From positions 41,298 through 105,297 of the forward strand of contig DATDSO010000004.1 of assembly GCA_035291225.1 (NCBI GenBank): a stretch of DNA of 64,000 bases. Direction: 5' to 3'. This DNA is from an archaeon (GTDB lineage Archaea; Aenigmatarchaeota; Aenigmatarchaeia; Aenigmatarchaeales; JACQIB01). Each line of letters starts with the position of its first letter. Within the stretch, counting starts at the first letter, position 1. The notes under the pieces were generated by a model, which saw only the letters and a program-made list of their open reading frames with translations, had not been told where the DNA came from and searched no databases. Positions 35,808-45,119 of the stretch are shown one piece after another. The position numbers were made by a program, and so were the translations under genes.

Positions 35808-36044
35808 ATGAACGCAAAAATTTACACAACTTCTGTTTGCCCTGCATGCAATATGGCAAAAGAATTTTTGAAATCAAAAAAAGTTGAGTTTGAAATTTTA
35901 AATATTGAAAATGATGATAATCTTGCGAATGAGATGATTGAAAAATCCGGGCAGTTTTCTGTGCCTGTTATTGAGATTGGAGGGAAAATAATTGTTGGGT
36001 TCAATAAGCCTGCGATTGCTGCGGCGATTGAAAGGTTTAAATAG
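35808..36044 (+). CDS. nrdH: Glutaredoxin-like protein (NrdH-type)
   Basis: CPAC active site (IYTTSVCPACNMAKEFL). 78 aa. Lies immediately downstream of nrdJ. Confidence 0.8.
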   Translation: MNAKIYTTSVCPACNMAKEFLKSKKVEFEILNIENDDNLANEMIEKSGQFSVPVIEIGGKIIVGFNKPAIAAAIERFK

Positions 36045-36046
36045 AT

Positions 36047-36502
36047 TTGCAACAAAGAAATTTTATGGGAACTGTTTATAGACATCCTGGAAATGTGCAG
36101 CCAACTGAAGTTGTGGGCGAAGAAATATTTGAACTTCTGGCTGGAGCTGAATTTCCGTTCGGAAGCGTGAAAGCTGTTGTTACAGGTTCCATACCACATT
36201 ATCATGAAAGAACCCATGAATTGTATATTGTTACAAAAGGCATGGGAAAAGTTCTTGTGCAAACTCCGGATAATTTTCTCAGAATATATTTTGTGGAGGA
36301 TGGCGGGGTTCTTTACATACCTCCGGGAACAAAACACGCGGCGCGTGGAATGAAAGTCGGTGGAAAAATTGTGCCATTTGAAGTTAATGTGGTTTCTTAT
36401 CCGCCATGGACACAGGCAGACCATCATTCGGTAGATTTAGATTGGCCGAGAGATGAGAGAAGATTTACTCATGTGAAACATGAACAACGGAAAATAGCTT
36501 AA
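36047..36502 (+). CDS. Cupin-domain protein
   Basis: Two-His cupin motif region (GSIPHYHERTHELYIVTKG...YIPPGTKHAA). Confidence 0.55.
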   Translation: MQQRNFMGTVYRHPGNVQPTEVVGEEIFELLAGAEFPFGSVKAVVTGSIPHYHERTHELYIVTKGMGKVLVQTPDNFLRIYFVEDGGVLYIPPGTKHAARGMKVGGKIVPFEVNVVSYPPWTQADHHSVDLDWPRDERRFTHVKHEQRKIA

Positions 36503-36510
36503 TAACTTTC

Positions 36511-37047
36511 TCACGCAACAATATGCTGCCGAATTTTGTCGGCGGTCATTCTTCCGGATAATTGCTCAACAATTTTCAAAGCAAATTCAACTGCTGTTCC
36601 GGGCCCTTGAGAAGTTATAATATTTCCGTCAACAACAACTTTGTCCGGCCGCGGGCGCTCCAATAATTTTTCCTGCCCTGGGAAAATTGTTGCGCGCTTG
36701 TCTTTCAAAACTCCTGCCTGCACTAAAACTTTGGGGCCCATGCAGATTGCTGCAACTATTTTTCCTGACTCAGCATAATCGCGCGCGAGCTTTATAATAT
36801 TTGGATTTCGCAATAAATTGTCAACGCCCTCGGTTCCGCCTGGAATCACAAGGCAGTCATACTTGCTCGCGTCCATGTCAATGAAGCGCGCGTCCGCATG
36901 GCTGCGCACGCCGTGCTTGCTTAAAACAATATTTCCTGTAACTCCTGCTGTAACTGTTGTTATGCCAGCGCGGCGCAGAATATCTATTGCTGCGATTCCC
37001 TCTATGTCTTCAAATCCATCCGCTAAGAGAACAAGAGCTTTTGGCAT
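36511..37047 (-). CDS. DJ-1/PfpI-family protein (class I glutamine amidotransferase-like)
   Basis: ALVLLADGFEDIE...DCLVIPGG...VAAICMGPKVL, with the nucleophile Cys in AICMGP. Confidence 0.85.
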   Translation of the reverse strand: MPKALVLLADGFEDIEGIAAIDILRRAGITTVTAGVTGNIVLSKHGVRSHADARFIDMDASKYDCLVIPGGTEGVDNLLRNPNIIKLARDYAESGKIVAAICMGPKVLVQAGVLKDKRATIFPGQEKLLERPRPDKVVVDGNIITSQGPGTAVEFALKIVEQLSGRMTADKIRQHIVA

Positions 37048-37118
37048 GGGAAGTATCTGTGTTGCCTATTTATAAAAATTAGTTTTGGATTATAATTTCT
37101 CTTATAGCGCAATATTTT

Positions 37119-37589
37119 TTACTGCCCTTCATTTTCAATTCTATAAACATCAGCGCGCTTGCCGCGCCTTTCTATTCTTGCAAGCCCGAGCCCAACCAGC
37201 CTTTTCACATAATAAGAAACTGTGCTTGGCGCACGGCTCGTCTTTTCTGCAAGCTCTTCTCCGGAGGAGCCGGGATCTTTGCCTATTGCAGAAAGAAATA
37301 CTTCTTCAACTCTTGTGAGAATTGGCTTGCTTGGAATTTTGAAATATGCTGTATAATAAAAATTTCGCTTTCCATTCCAAACGCTTTTTATGTAGCCCTT
37401 TTTCTCAAGCATATCCAAATGGCCGCGTAGAGATCCGCGGCTCATTTCAACCGACTCAAAATAATCCATGCGCGCGCGGAGTTCGGTGAAAGTGGCTCCT
37501 TGGTTTTTCTCTATTGTTGAGTATAGCCTGCCGCGCACTGATTCGTCCAGAACTTCCTCTTGCTTTGTAAGCGAACCCAGTGGAGGCAT
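37119..37589 (-). CDS. Transcriptional regulator with tandem winged-helix domains
   Basis: Two wHTH-like segments (GATFTELRARMDY...LEKKGYIK and SGEELAEKTSRAPSTVSYYVKRLVGLGL). Confidence 0.45.
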   Translation of the reverse strand: MPPLGSLTKQEEVLDESVRGRLYSTIEKNQGATFTELRARMDYFESVEMSRGSLRGHLDMLEKKGYIKSVWNGKRNFYYTAYFKIPSKPILTRVEEVFLSAIGKDPGSSGEELAEKTSRAPSTVSYYVKRLVGLGLARIERRGKRADVYRIENEGQ

Positions 37590-37627
37590 AATTATTTTTT
37601 AGATATTTCAATTTATAATGTTCTATC

Positions 37628-38446
37628 TCAGACTACGGCAATTTGAGAAGTCGGAATTTCTTTCCTGCTCCATGCACCAGGAATGTATTTTTCAATCGAA
37701 ATACTTTTGTAGCCGAAATTTTCTAAAGCAGAAATTATTTTTCCCTGCATTAGTTGCGCCTGCTCAAAATTATCAATCTGCACTAGCGCAGATTCGCCAT
37801 AGTCCCGCACGCGTAAAGCTTTGAAGCCTAAGCTTCGCAAAAATTCTTCTGATTTTTCAACCCTGATTAAAGCCTCGGCTGTTATTGGTGTGCCGTGCGG
37901 AATTCGCGAGGAAGTGCAGCCGCCTGCAGGCTTGTCAAAAACATGGAGAGAAAATTCTTTTGCTATTTCTCGTATATGATTTTTTGTAATTCCAAATTCA
38001 ATAAACGGGCTCCAGACTTTTGCCTCGCTCATTGCTTTCATTCCCGGGCGAAAATCTCCGAGGTCTTCCACATGCGCGCCATCGATTATAACTTCAGCAG
38101 AAAGTTTTTCTTTTAGCTCCAGCATTTCTCTTGTGTCCATTTTTCTGCAGAAGTAGCAGCGCAGTTTTGAATTTTCTCTGAAACCTTTGTCAGAAAGCTT
38201 GTCAACTTCAACAACAATGTGGCGTACACCGATTTTTTTAGCAACCGATTTTGCATCATCCAAATCCTGCTGAGATAAAGCCTCGGAAGTTATTGTAACT
38301 GCTGTTAAATTTTTTCCTAAAGCGCGGAAAGCGAGCGCGCAAACAGTAGCAGAGTCAACCCCGCCAGAGAGCGCGATTATTGCGCTTTTCTTTTTTGAAA
38401 TTTCAGAAATTATTTTTCCTGAAAGCTCTTTTAATTCTTTGTCCAT
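37628..38446 (-). CDS. larE: PP-loop ATP pyrophosphatase LarE-like (sulfur transferase for nickel-pincer cofactor)
   Basis: PP-loop SGGVDS (AIIALSGGVDSATV). A LarE-like central region containing RCYFCRK and a later GGCTSS, which gives three Cys in total. Confidence 0.7.
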   Translation of the reverse strand: MDKELKELSGKIISEISKKKSAIIALSGGVDSATVCALAFRALGKNLTAVTITSEALSQQDLDDAKSVAKKIGVRHIVVEVDKLSDKGFRENSKLRCYFCRKMDTREMLELKEKLSAEVIIDGAHVEDLGDFRPGMKAMSEAKVWSPFIEFGITKNHIREIAKEFSLHVFDKPAGGCTSSRIPHGTPITAEALIRVEKSEEFLRSLGFKALRVRDYGESALVQIDNFEQAQLMQGKIISALENFGYKSISIEKYIPGAWSRKEIPTSQIAVV

Positions 38447-38452
38447 GATTGC

Positions 38453-39109
38453 TCACTTAAATTCCTTAACTTCAATCAAGCGTAGATAGCCGGGGATTTC
38501 TAAAAGGCCTGTTGAGTATTTTATTGAAAGTGGTATGAATTTTTTGTTGGAAAAATTTGCGAATGTAGATAGCAAAGTTATCCCTGTAGGAGTTGTCAAT
38601 TCATGCGGACTTTCCCTGAAAAGCAGTGGAACTTTTCTCTTTTTTGCGACTTCAAGAACAGCCGGAGCTGCAGAGCCTACTGCAATTGGAAGGGAATATA
38701 TTTTTTTCCCTTTTGGAATGGAAATTGCTGTTCCAATAAAATCTATCAATGTATCAACAGAGCCAAGCTCGTGCAGCTCGTGTATTTGACCATGAACTGC
38801 TTTTTCTGCATTCTCTAAAGTTTTGAAGGCTTTGAAAACAAATTCCTTTTCTCTTTTTCTTTTGGAAAGAATCTTTTTTGTTGCTGCGCGCAGCTCATCG
38901 AAATTCCTGAAATGCTTTTCGTTTCCGATTTCTATTTTCAGCCTTTTGCATTTCACCTCTTCTTTTTCAGTTTCTTCGAGCTCAAGTTTTACCTTATACT
39001 CATGCAAAAGTTTTTCAAGCTCGCGTAGTTTTTTTTTGTCTGCTAGCAATGATAGAATCATGTCCCCGGAAACTCCTGAAATGGATGGGTCGAATAAGTT
39101 TGTTTTCAT
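38453..39109 (-). CDS. larC: LarC N-terminal domain protein (DUF111-like, nickel insertion)
   Basis: N-terminus MKTNLFDPSISGVSGDMILSLLAD matches the LarC/DUF111 start (CFSGISGDM). At 218 aa it covers only the N-terminal half. Confidence 0.55.
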   Translation of the reverse strand: MKTNLFDPSISGVSGDMILSLLADKKKLRELEKLLHEYKVKLELEETEKEEVKCKRLKIEIGNEKHFRNFDELRAATKKILSKRKREKEFVFKAFKTLENAEKAVHGQIHELHELGSVDTLIDFIGTAISIPKGKKIYSLPIAVGSAAPAVLEVAKKRKVPLLFRESPHELTTPTGITLLSTFANFSNKKFIPLSIKYSTGLLEIPGYLRLIEVKEFK

Positions 39110-39173
39110 TTTTCTACTTTGTGAGCGAAGTTTTAAAAGGCTGTGGGATTGCAGGTCTATAAAGATTTAAAAG

Positions 39174-39911
39174 GTGTGCGACTCTATAGAGTCCATGAAT
39201 TTTGACTTCGTTGATGTGGGTGATTTCGGGAAAATAGATGTTTCAAAAAAGCAGCGCACTGGAATTCCTGAAGTTGTGCTTTGCTCGGGGAAAACTGCAA
39301 AGCATATTATTGAGATTTGCAAAAAATATTTTCTTTATTCTGATTCAATAATTCTTACGAAATGCCCGCAAAAGATTTTTTCTGCTGTGAGGAAAATATT
39401 TTCAAAGGTTGTGTATGAGAGGGATGCGAAGGTTTTGATAATTAGAAAAACTGAGGGGAAAAAGGAAACAATAGGAACAGTTGGCATTATAGCCGCTGGA
39501 ACTGCGGATTATTCTGTTGCAAAAGAGGCGGAGATAATTTGCAGGGAGTTCGGAATGAAAACTTTTCTGCAGATTGATGTTGGGGTTTCTTCTGTGCAAA
39601 GATTGAAACCTACATTTTCTGACATAAAAAAATTTGAGCCTGACATGCTGATTGTTGTTGCTGGAATGGAGGCTGCGTTGCCAACTTTTCTTTCTGGGCT
39701 TGTGAAAATTCCAATTGTCGCTGTGCCGACTTCTGTCGGATATCAGCGGGGGGTAAAAGGGCTGCCGGCGCTCCTATCAATGTTGAACTCCTGCGCGCCG
39801 GGGATTTCTGCTGTGAATATTGATAATGGATTCGGAGCTGCGGCGTTTGCTTACAAAACAATTTTCAATATTAGAAGAAAAGAGGGAATTTCAATCGCTA
39901 GAGAGGCTTAG
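39174..39911 (+). CDS. larB: LarB (PurE-like AIR-carboxylase-family domain; pyridinium-3,5-biscarboxylic acid mononucleotide synthase)
   Basis: C-terminal PurE-like domain (TVGIIAAGTADYSVAKEAE...MLIVVAGMEAALPTFLSGL...PIVAVPTSVGY). An N-terminal extension is typical of LarB. Confidence 0.75.
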   Translation: MCDSIESMNFDFVDVGDFGKIDVSKKQRTGIPEVVLCSGKTAKHIIEICKKYFLYSDSIILTKCPQKIFSAVRKIFSKVVYERDAKVLIIRKTEGKKETIGTVGIIAAGTADYSVAKEAEIICREFGMKTFLQIDVGVSSVQRLKPTFSDIKKFEPDMLIVVAGMEAALPTFLSGLVKIPIVAVPTSVGYQRGVKGLPALLSMLNSCAPGISAVNIDNGFGAAAFAYKTIFNIRRKEGISIAREA

Positions 39912-40332
39912 TCAGCTTTCTCATTTTTCTTAGCGGCATTTTTAGATTTTCCGAAAGTTTTTTCAAATCCTCAAATTCCGGTTTCTCATTATGTTCGGAA
40001 ATTTTAAAATTAATGTCGAATTCTTTTCCGTTTATATTCACTTTTCTTTTTTCAACTTTTGTTTCCTGAAAAAACCATCTGTCGCATAAAATTTCGCGCA
40101 CGCCTGTTGTGCCGGTTTCTTCCATTAATTTTTCTGCGAGCTTTTCCGAATTCTCTTTTGAGCAGATAACCCGTACGATGTGTCCGGGGCGGTTTTTTTT
40201 CATTGTCGCTGGAATAATATTTACGTCAAGCGCAGGCGGCATAAGAGCAGAAAACATATTTCCTAAAACCTCTCCGTCGATATCATCTAAGTTCGTTTCG
40301 AGAACTACTAATTCTGATTTTTTGGCTTTCAT
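39898..40332 (-). CDS. larC: LarC C-terminal (CTP-binding) domain protein
   Basis: VLETNLDDIDGEVLGNMFSALMPPALDVNIIPATMKKNRPGHIV matches the LarC2-type C-terminal domain. It is separated from the N-terminal ORF by larB on the opposite strand. Confidence 0.55.
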   Translation of the reverse strand: MKAKKSELVVLETNLDDIDGEVLGNMFSALMPPALDVNIIPATMKKNRPGHIVRVICSKENSEKLAEKLMEETGTTGVREILCDRWFFQETKVEKRKVNINGKEFDINFKISEHNEKPEFEDLKKLSENLKMPLRKMRKLTKPL

Positions 40333-40390
40333 GCCTATTGTTGGCCCAAAAGCTTTTTAAAGCTTCCGCACAATTAAGAGATGTGATAAA

Positions 40391-40837
40391 ATGCCGGTAG
40401 TAGGATTGGTTATTAGAAACATCAGCGCAAAGAAAAATGAAGAGTTCATTGGCGCGGCCCAGATAAGCAACAATGCAAATATAAAGAGCATTGAAGAGCA
40501 GAACCTCATTGCGCTTGGAAAGCCTTCACTTAAAATTGGCTTTGAGTATAAATCAGATTATTTAACAGACAAGAAAAAATCTTATGCTGAGATTGTGATA
40601 AACGGTGATGTTTTTTTCGCTGACGGACCAAGCGAAAAAGTTATTGATGGTTGGAAGAAGGAAAAAAAACTTCCGGATGCTGTTAATCTGCATGTAATCA
40701 ATACAATTCTGCACAAGTGTATGATTGAATCTTTGGGATTGAGCGAGAAACTACAGTTGCCGCCGCCGGTGCAGTTGCCGTTTGCGCAGCCCAGCACTCC
40801 TCGCGCTGATGCGCCGCAAAGCAAGTATATCGGGTAA
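40391..40837 (+). CDS. Hypothetical protein
   Basis: ORF only. No recognisable motifs. Confidence 0.3.
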   Translation: MPVVGLVIRNISAKKNEEFIGAAQISNNANIKSIEEQNLIALGKPSLKIGFEYKSDYLTDKKKSYAEIVINGDVFFADGPSEKVIDGWKKEKKLPDAVNLHVINTILHKCMIESLGLSEKLQLPPPVQLPFAQPSTPRADAPQSKYIG

Positions 40838-41122
40838 ACTTCTGAAAGGAAATAAAATTTTGCTTCAGCTTCACTTATCTCGATTTTTCTTGCGAACTCT
40901 CACTTTTTTCGTTTGGGTTTGTGCTAATTGCGGGCTAAATTATTAGTGTCTATAAAATATAGTTGTTATCACAGATTTTACTTAGTCATTATTCAAACCT
41001 ATTTGATTGATGATATTTATTAAATTATATATTTTGCAATAAATATTCAGTAAGATATTCTGTGTGAAATATAAATCACTATATACGCGATTTTGCTATT
41101 TTTCAGTAAACCTAGCGAATTT

Positions 41123-41530
41123 TCACCTGCGGACAATTTCTTTAACCGAATTCCTGTAGGATTCTGCCATGCGCACGAGCGCAGACGAGAAATCCGTTGA
41201 AAGCTCGTAGTCGCCGAAGTCCGTGCGCCTGATTATTCCGAGGGAAACCATGTCGTGTATCACATTGTAAAACTGCCCTCTCGAGAATTTCTCGCTGTTC
41301 GCAAGCTTTGATAGTTCAGAAGTTGTAAGCATTCTCTCATTGACAGATTTGAAAGTTGAAACAATTATTTTTGCCGCCTCGGCTGCCTTATTGTTGCCCT
41401 TTGGGCCGGCCCCGAATATAATTTCCATTACTTCTTCAATCGGGATATCGCTTGGGATTACATTTGCAGAAAAAAGTATGCGCGTGTTTTTCTGCCGGCG
41501 GTGTTTGAAGGCTCTGACCATATAGTACAT
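41123..41530 (-). CDS. Hypothetical small DNA-binding-like protein
   Basis: wHTH-like stretch (TTSELSKLANSEKFSRGQFYNVIHDMVSLGIIRR). Flanked by long AT-rich intergenic regions. Confidence 0.35.
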   Translation of the reverse strand: MYYMVRAFKHRRQKNTRILFSANVIPSDIPIEEVMEIIFGAGPKGNNKAAEAAKIIVSTFKSVNERMLTTSELSKLANSEKFSRGQFYNVIHDMVSLGIIRRTDFGDYELSTDFSSALVRMAESYRNSVKEIVRR

Positions 41531-41779
41531 GTAAACTGACTAATTTATAAAAATTTCGCTTTTGCAGAGTAAATGCGGTTTTTGAAATATCTTCTCCCCA
41601 AATGAGGGGGATTGTGCGGGGTATAGCAGGCTTTGTCAGTTTTTACTGAACAACGGGAGATTTTTGCCGATAGCCAAAAATTGCATAAACTGACTATGCA
41701 AAATATAGTTTCTGGAGAATATAGATTGCCTGAAAAGTTTTTGAAGAAAAATGTTGTTGAAAAAAGGGTTTCGGAGAAA

Positions 41780-42130
41780 TTATTTTGCCTTCGCGCCTTT
41801 TGCTTCCTTGCCTGTTGGGAATTCTTTGAAGTTTGAGGCGAAACGCGAGAACTTTTTTCTTATTCCCTCGAAATCATGCGCGAGCTCCTCCCCGTCGCCG
41901 GTAAGCCTCACCATTTTCACGCGGCCTTTTTTTTCAAACTCCACTAAGCCGAGCTTTTTGAAAACATCCAGAACTTTTACTGTGTGCGAGTATGTGCAGT
42001 CCACATGCTTTGAGACCTGAGTTGCATATTTTACATCGTCCCTAGTCAAACTCACAAGCATTTTCACGGGCTTGTGGTGTAGGAATGCTTCTTCAAACGC
42101 TAATTTTGCTTGATCACTCACTTTTTGCAT
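41780..42130 (-). CDS. Hypothetical small wHTH protein
   Basis: VKYATQVSKHVDCTYSHTVKVLDVFKKLGLVEF resembles a winged helix. Confidence 0.35.
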   Translation of the reverse strand: MQKVSDQAKLAFEEAFLHHKPVKMLVSLTRDDVKYATQVSKHVDCTYSHTVKVLDVFKKLGLVEFEKKGRVKMVRLTGDGEELAHDFEGIRKKFSRFASNFKEFPTGKEAKGAKAK

Positions 42131-42402
42131 GAACTCACCTGAAATTTTTTGTATTTTTGTGTTAATAAAGCATATGTATGGAGTTCGAAATATATTTTAC
42201 CCCATATATCTAGTGAACTCCTGCTTCCTTATTAGAGTTTGAGGAGAATAGCTTCTAATATATATTTCATTTTATTTGGTCTATTTGTTCTATCATGTAA
42301 GATAACTATTATAAAATATATTTCATAACTACTATCACAGCGGTTTTTCGTGCGCACGCATGCGAATGAAAGGATTTAAATTCAAAAATCCTTAACTCTC
42401 GC

Positions 42403-42609
42403 ATGGAATATCCGCTTGCTGTTGTGGAAAAGATTTTGAAAAAGTCTGGCATGAGAGTTGGCGAGGATGCTGTGAAAGAATTCGCGCAACTTCTTGAGGA
42501 AATCACGGTAGACATCGCAAGCGAGGCTGATGCGAACGCAAAGAGAAATAAAAGAAAAACTGTTGGGCGCGAAGATGTTCTTGAAGCTTACAAAAAGATT
42601 TCAGGTTAG
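42403..42609 (+). CDS. Archaeal histone (HMf-like)
   Basis: A 68-aa histone fold. LAVVEKILKKSGMRVGEDAV...LEEITVDIASEA...KRKTVGREDVLEAYKK matches the HMfA/B pattern. Confidence 0.85.
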   Translation: MEYPLAVVEKILKKSGMRVGEDAVKEFAQLLEEITVDIASEADANAKRNKRKTVGREDVLEAYKKISG

Positions 42610-42650
42610 TTGCGCGCTTCTTTTATAAATCTCAATTTCTCCTGTATTTC

Positions 42651-43823
42651 ATGCAAGAAGATTTTTACATTAGCCCAGAGCCGGAAAAATTTGCAAGAAT
42701 TAGCAAGTGGGGAGTTCCTGCGCTTTCGCCGACGGTTAATTATGGAATGGCTTTGTTTGAGGGAATGAGCATAATTGCCAGAAAAAAAGGGAGCGGCTAC
42801 AGGCTTTCGTTCTTTCATCCTATGCTGAATTATGAGCGCATGAAGTTTGGCGTTGATGAGCTTGGAATGAATGCGCCTGTTTATCCGATGGAGAGGCACA
42901 TCAAAACAGTTTTCCAAATCTGCGCGCTGAATGGATGGAACAAAAAAATCAGCCTGAATGGAAAAGAAATTTCTATTGAAAGAGCTAATGGAGAAAAATA
43001 TGCGCGAATTTATGTGCGACCTGTTGTTTACTCAACAACAAATTCAATCGGGCTTGGGGCAAAAATGGATTTCACAATAATGCACGCGCTCCTGCCTTTC
43101 GGGCAGTATTTGAAAATGGAAAATCCTGGTGGGATAAAAACTATTTTGTATCCGAAACCGCGCAGCATTCCATTTGCGAATTTCAAAATGATTTCCAATT
43201 ATCCCATCAGTATAAGCGCGCGGGGGCTTTTGAATTCTTTCAATGAGAAAAACAAATATAATGCAGAGGAAGCGGTTTTTGTGAATGAGGCTGGGGTTCT
43301 TACTGAAGGGAGCGGGGAAAATATTCTTTTGCTTAAAGATAATGAATTGATTACTCCGCCTGTTAGTGCGGGAGCTTTACCTGGGACAACTCTGAGAATC
43401 GTTTCAAAAATTGCAGAATCTCTTGGAGTGAGATTTTCTTTCAGAACTTTTTTCCCGAAAGATATTGAGAAAGCTGAAACGATGTTTTTTACTGGGAATG
43501 CAGCAGGCATGATTCCTATTGCATCAATTGCAGAAATTGATGAAAAGTTTTCTGTGAAAAAATTGCATGAAACAGAAATTGGCGGGAGAGGAGAGCTTTT
43601 CAAGAAAATAAATTCTCTGTATGAAAGCGTTGTTTTTGGAGATGACTCATTCGGAGATTTTTCTGTTTACTTTGATGATTGGATGAGTGAGGAAGAAGCG
43701 GACGAGCTTGAGAAGGAAAAGCGGGATTCTTTTTCTTTGAACATGAAAATAAATCCGCCGGAGAAATGGGAGAAACAAAAAGAATCTGTTTTGAAAGAGT
43801 TGGGGATTGGGAAGTTTTTGTGA
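42651..43823 (+). CDS. Class IV PLP-dependent aminotransferase (branched-chain aminotransferase-like) with acidic C-terminal extension
   Basis: N-terminal pattern W..P..S.....GMALFEGMSI followed by the core fold-type IV region. About 90 extra C-terminal residues. Confidence 0.55.
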   Translation: MQEDFYISPEPEKFARISKWGVPALSPTVNYGMALFEGMSIIARKKGSGYRLSFFHPMLNYERMKFGVDELGMNAPVYPMERHIKTVFQICALNGWNKKISLNGKEISIERANGEKYARIYVRPVVYSTTNSIGLGAKMDFTIMHALLPFGQYLKMENPGGIKTILYPKPRSIPFANFKMISNYPISISARGLLNSFNEKNKYNAEEAVFVNEAGVLTEGSGENILLLKDNELITPPVSAGALPGTTLRIVSKIAESLGVRFSFRTFFPKDIEKAETMFFTGNAAGMIPIASIAEIDEKFSVKKLHETEIGGRGELFKKINSLYESVVFGDDSFGDFSVYFDDWMSEEEADELEKEKRDSFSLNMKINPPEKWEKQKESVLKELGIGKFL

Positions 43824-43864
43824 TTAGATGTTTGGTTTTTAAATTTCCTTTTACAATAGTTTTA

Positions 43865-45043
43865 ATGAAGTTTGTAATTTTCCATGGAGCCTACGGGAAT
43901 CCTGAAAAGAATTGGTTCCCAGAATTAAAGGAAAGGCTTGAAATGTTTGGACAGGAAGTTATTGCTCCAAAATTTCCTGTTGAGGATTGGAATGAAGTTT
44001 CTAAGGCAGGACACGATTTCAATCCGAGAAATCAGACTCTTGAAAGCTGGATGAAGGTTTTTGATAAAGTAAAGAGCGATTTCAAGAAAGGAGAAAAGCT
44101 TTGCTTTATCGGGCACTCAATGTCGCCTGTTTTTATTTTACGTGTTGTTGAAAAATACGACCTTAAGCTTGATAGCGCGATTTTCGTTTCACCGTTTCTT
44201 GGACCTCTCGGGAATCCACGCTTTGATGTTGTAAACAAAAGCTTTTACAAAACAGATTTTGATTTTGAAAAGCTTAGGAAGCTCGTACCTGTTTCGTATG
44301 TGCTTTACTCTGAAAATGATCCCTACGTCCACGAAAAGAATTCAAAAGAGTTTGCTGAAAAAATGCATAGCTCTGTAATCTTTGTCAGAAAGGCCGGCCA
44401 TATGAACAGCGAGGTTAATTTGAACGAGTTCCCTCTTGTTCTTGAGCTTTGTAAATCGCGGCTTGATTTGTCTCTTTATCAGAAATATCTCGCACATAGA
44501 AGAGAACTTTACTCTGTTCCATATATCAATGGAAAAGGTGAAGAAATTATTTTTTTGGATCCGAAGGAGGTTTTCGAGGAGGGGGTTTTTCATTTTAGAA
44601 ATTTGAGGCAGGAAGGCTTTTGCACATTTCTTACATCACTGAAATTCTGGGATACTCAGTCAAAGTATATGGAAGAGGCGCGAAAAGCCGCAATGAGAAT
44701 AAAGCTCATAAGAGTTTTCATTATTGATAAAATATCAGATTTGAAACGATCAAATATCTTAAAACAAATAATACTTGATATGGAAGCTGGTATCAATGTT
44801 TATTTTTGCATACTTAGCCAGATAGAAGGTAAAACCGGAGAGATCGACTTTGGTATTTGGGATAATGATTATCTTTGCGCCGTGCATTATGATAAGCGTG
44901 GTGGCATAAACGAAGTTAAGCTAACAAGCCGCGCTAAAGATATCGAAGAGGCTTTAAAGTGGAAAAATATTATTCTAAAAAAAGCTGTGCGCATCAAAAG
45001 CGAAAAAGATATTAAAATATTTGTCGAAGATTTTCATCCTTAA
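43865..45043 (+). CDS. RBBP9/YdeN-type serine hydrolase fused to an uncharacterised C-terminal domain
   Basis: VIFHGAYGNPEKNWFPEL, a GHSMS nucleophile elbow, then ENDPYV (Asp) and AGHMN (His) at RBBP9-like spacing. A C-terminal domain of about 190 aa has no recognised motif. Confidence 0.6.
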   Translation: MKFVIFHGAYGNPEKNWFPELKERLEMFGQEVIAPKFPVEDWNEVSKAGHDFNPRNQTLESWMKVFDKVKSDFKKGEKLCFIGHSMSPVFILRVVEKYDLKLDSAIFVSPFLGPLGNPRFDVVNKSFYKTDFDFEKLRKLVPVSYVLYSENDPYVHEKNSKEFAEKMHSSVIFVRKAGHMNSEVNLNEFPLVLELCKSRLDLSLYQKYLAHRRELYSVPYINGKGEEIIFLDPKEVFEEGVFHFRNLRQEGFCTFLTSLKFWDTQSKYMEEARKAAMRIKLIRVFIIDKISDLKRSNILKQIILDMEAGINVYFCILSQIEGKTGEIDFGIWDNDYLCAVHYDKRGGINEVKLTSRAKDIEEALKWKNIILKKAVRIKSEKDIKIFVEDFHP

Positions 45044-45119
45044 TCTCGTCTGGTATCAATTATACTTTCCAAAATAATTTCTCGGAAACCAATAAATACC
45101 TTCCTTCACATCAATTCCC

